Assembly (NCBI GenBank): GCA_963662945.1
Contig: OY759974.1
Coordinates: forward strand, 64,001-128,000
Direction of reading: 5' to 3'
DNA from: Arcobacteraceae bacterium
Lineage (GTDB): Bacteria; Campylobacterota; Campylobacteria; Campylobacterales; Arcobacteraceae
DNA length: 64,000 nucleotides
Numbering within the stretch: the stretch's first letter is position 1; each line of letters begins with the position of its first letter. This document shows positions 62,633 to 64,000 of this stretch, one piece after another. The notes beneath the pieces are model-generated. The model searched no databases. It was not told the origin of the DNA and was given only the letters and a program-made list of their open reading frames with translations. Made by a program: the position numbers and the translations under genes.

Positions 62633-64000
62633 TATTTTGCTCCTTGGCTTTTTTCTAACAATAACATCTCATCAAGAGCATGTCCATTTGGTACCATTGG
62701 AAGAACTTCCTCTCGTCTATCAATCATAACCTCAATCATAGCAACTTTATTTGAAGCAACTGCATCTTTTAATGCAGCATCAAATTCCTCTTTCGTATGA
62801 ACTTTATATCCAACACCACCCATTGATTGCGCTAGCATTGTAAAGTCAGCTTGTATCTCTAGATTAGTCTCAGAAAGTCTATCTTCATAAAATCTAGTTT
62901 GCCATTGTCTAACCATACCTAAATAGTTATTATTTAAAATAATATTAATATGTGGTAAATTATATTGAGTACAAGTTATTATCTCTTGTATATTCATCAT
63001 TATACTACCATCACCTGTAAAGTTTACAGATATTTTATCAGGATTTGCTCTTTTTGTTCCCATAGCATAAGGAAGCCCTACTCCCATAGTACCTAAACCA
63101 CCACTAGTCATCCATTGTCTTGGATAATTAAATGGATAAAATTGCGCTGTCCACATTTGGTGTTGTCCAACATCTGTAGAGATAAGTGCATCATCACCTA
63201 AAAGCTCGCCTGTTCGTTGAATTACCCATTGAGGCTTTAATCTATCACTATCTTCAAAATATCTTAAAGGATGTTCTTTTCTATAACCTTTTAATTTTTC
63301 AATCCAAGGAGTATAATCATTAAATTCAAAATCTTTTGTATGTTCTAGAATTTGCTTCATAACAACAGCCAAATCACCAACTATAGGATAGTTAGGTTTT
63401 ACTATTTTAGCAATACTTGCTGGATCAATATCTACATGAACAACATGTGCTTTTTTAGCAAATACATCTAGTCTACCAGTAACTCTATCATCAAATCTAG
63501 CCCCAAGACAAATAATCATATCTGTTTCACTCATAGCCATATTTGCAGCATATTCACCATGCATACCAAGCATACCAAATAAAAGTTCATCATCATGTCT
63601 CATAATACCACGAGCCATTAATGTTTCAACAACAGGTATATTTGTTTGATGTGCGAAAGCTCTAATATCTTCATAACAATTTGATAATACAGCACCACCA
63701 CCAACATATAATACTGGTCGTTTTGCTTCACTGATATGTTTTAATGCACCTTTAATTTGTCTAATATTACCTTTAGTAGTTGGTTTGTATGTCGGTAACT
63801 CAAACTCTTGATCATAATTAAAATCTGCTAAATCTGCACTCACATCTTTTGGTAAATCTATATGTACAGGTCCTGGTCTTCCAGTTCTTGCTATATGAAA
63901 AGCTATTTTTAATACTCTCGTTAAATCTTTTACATCATTTACTAAAAAATTATGTTTTGTACATGGTCTACTAATACCAACTGCATCTATTTCTTGAAAT
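62632..64000 (-). CDS. ilvI: acetolactate synthase large subunit, 5'-partial
   Basis: Frame runs off the window (FQEIDAVGISRP...GRPGPVHIDLPKD); GMLGMHG, GARFDDR, DVGQHQM, SGGLGTMG, GDGS. Confidence 0.95.
   Translation of the reverse strand, partial: FQEIDAVGISRPCTKHNFLVNDVKDLTRVLKIAFHIARTGRPGPVHIDLPKDVSADLADFNYDQEFELPTYKPTTKGNIRQIKGALKHISEAKRPVLYVGGGAVLSNCYEDIRAFAHQTNIPVVETLMARGIMRHDDELLFGMLGMHGEYAANMAMSETDMIICLGARFDDRVTGRLDVFAKKAHVVHVDIDPASIAKIVKPNYPIVGDLAVVMKQILEHTKDFEFNDYTPWIEKLKGYRKEHPLRYFEDSDRLKPQWVIQRTGELLGDDALISTDVGQHQMWTAQFYPFNYPRQWMTSGGLGTMGVGLPYAMGTKRANPDKISVNFTGDGSIMMNIQEIITCTQYNLPHINIILNNNYLGMVRQWQTRFYEDRLSETNLEIQADFTMLAQSMGGVGYKVHTKEEFDAALKDAVASNKVAMIEVMIDRREEVLPMVPNGHALDEMLLLEKSQGAK

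Noticed and set aside
1-64000. CRISPR array, rRNA or known riboswitch
   Set aside because: No regularly spaced repeats, cas genes, rRNA-like stretch or recognisable riboswitch consensus was seen by eye.

Overview
AT-rich chromosomal window from a Campylobacterota bacterium, most likely Arcobacteraceae (hobA, monomeric Icd, overall gene order). It is mostly housekeeping genes: dgt-rmuC, trpD-tsaE-lptB, rppH-lysC-hobA-holB-folP, hemW, argG, mltC, tatBC-queA, ppk2, an Aap/Bzt amino-acid ABC transporter, prlC, uvrA, an RhlE-like helicase, mltG, icd, mdh, ftsK, lpxD and ilvIH. Two regions stand out. (1) An accessory island after tRNA-Asn (about 20.9-26.5 kb) holds an IS30 end remnant and a three-gene operon (membrane protein, Lit-like HEXXH peptidase, NERD-nuclease/SEC-C protein) that is a candidate undescribed anti-phage system. 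It also holds an orphan MNT antitoxin with a probable dead HEPN start, flanked by a degenerate direct repeat. (2) An uncharacterised operon of an M20 peptidase and two ATP-grasp ligases, one with a C-terminal HhH module, lies after argG. Also found by reading the sequence: a 163-bp MITE-like element, a structured sRNA candidate, two small ORFs missed by the ORF track, a probable non-canonical start for ftsK and a head-to-head mltG/AsmA overlap. All calls come from motif recognition by eye; no database searches were run.
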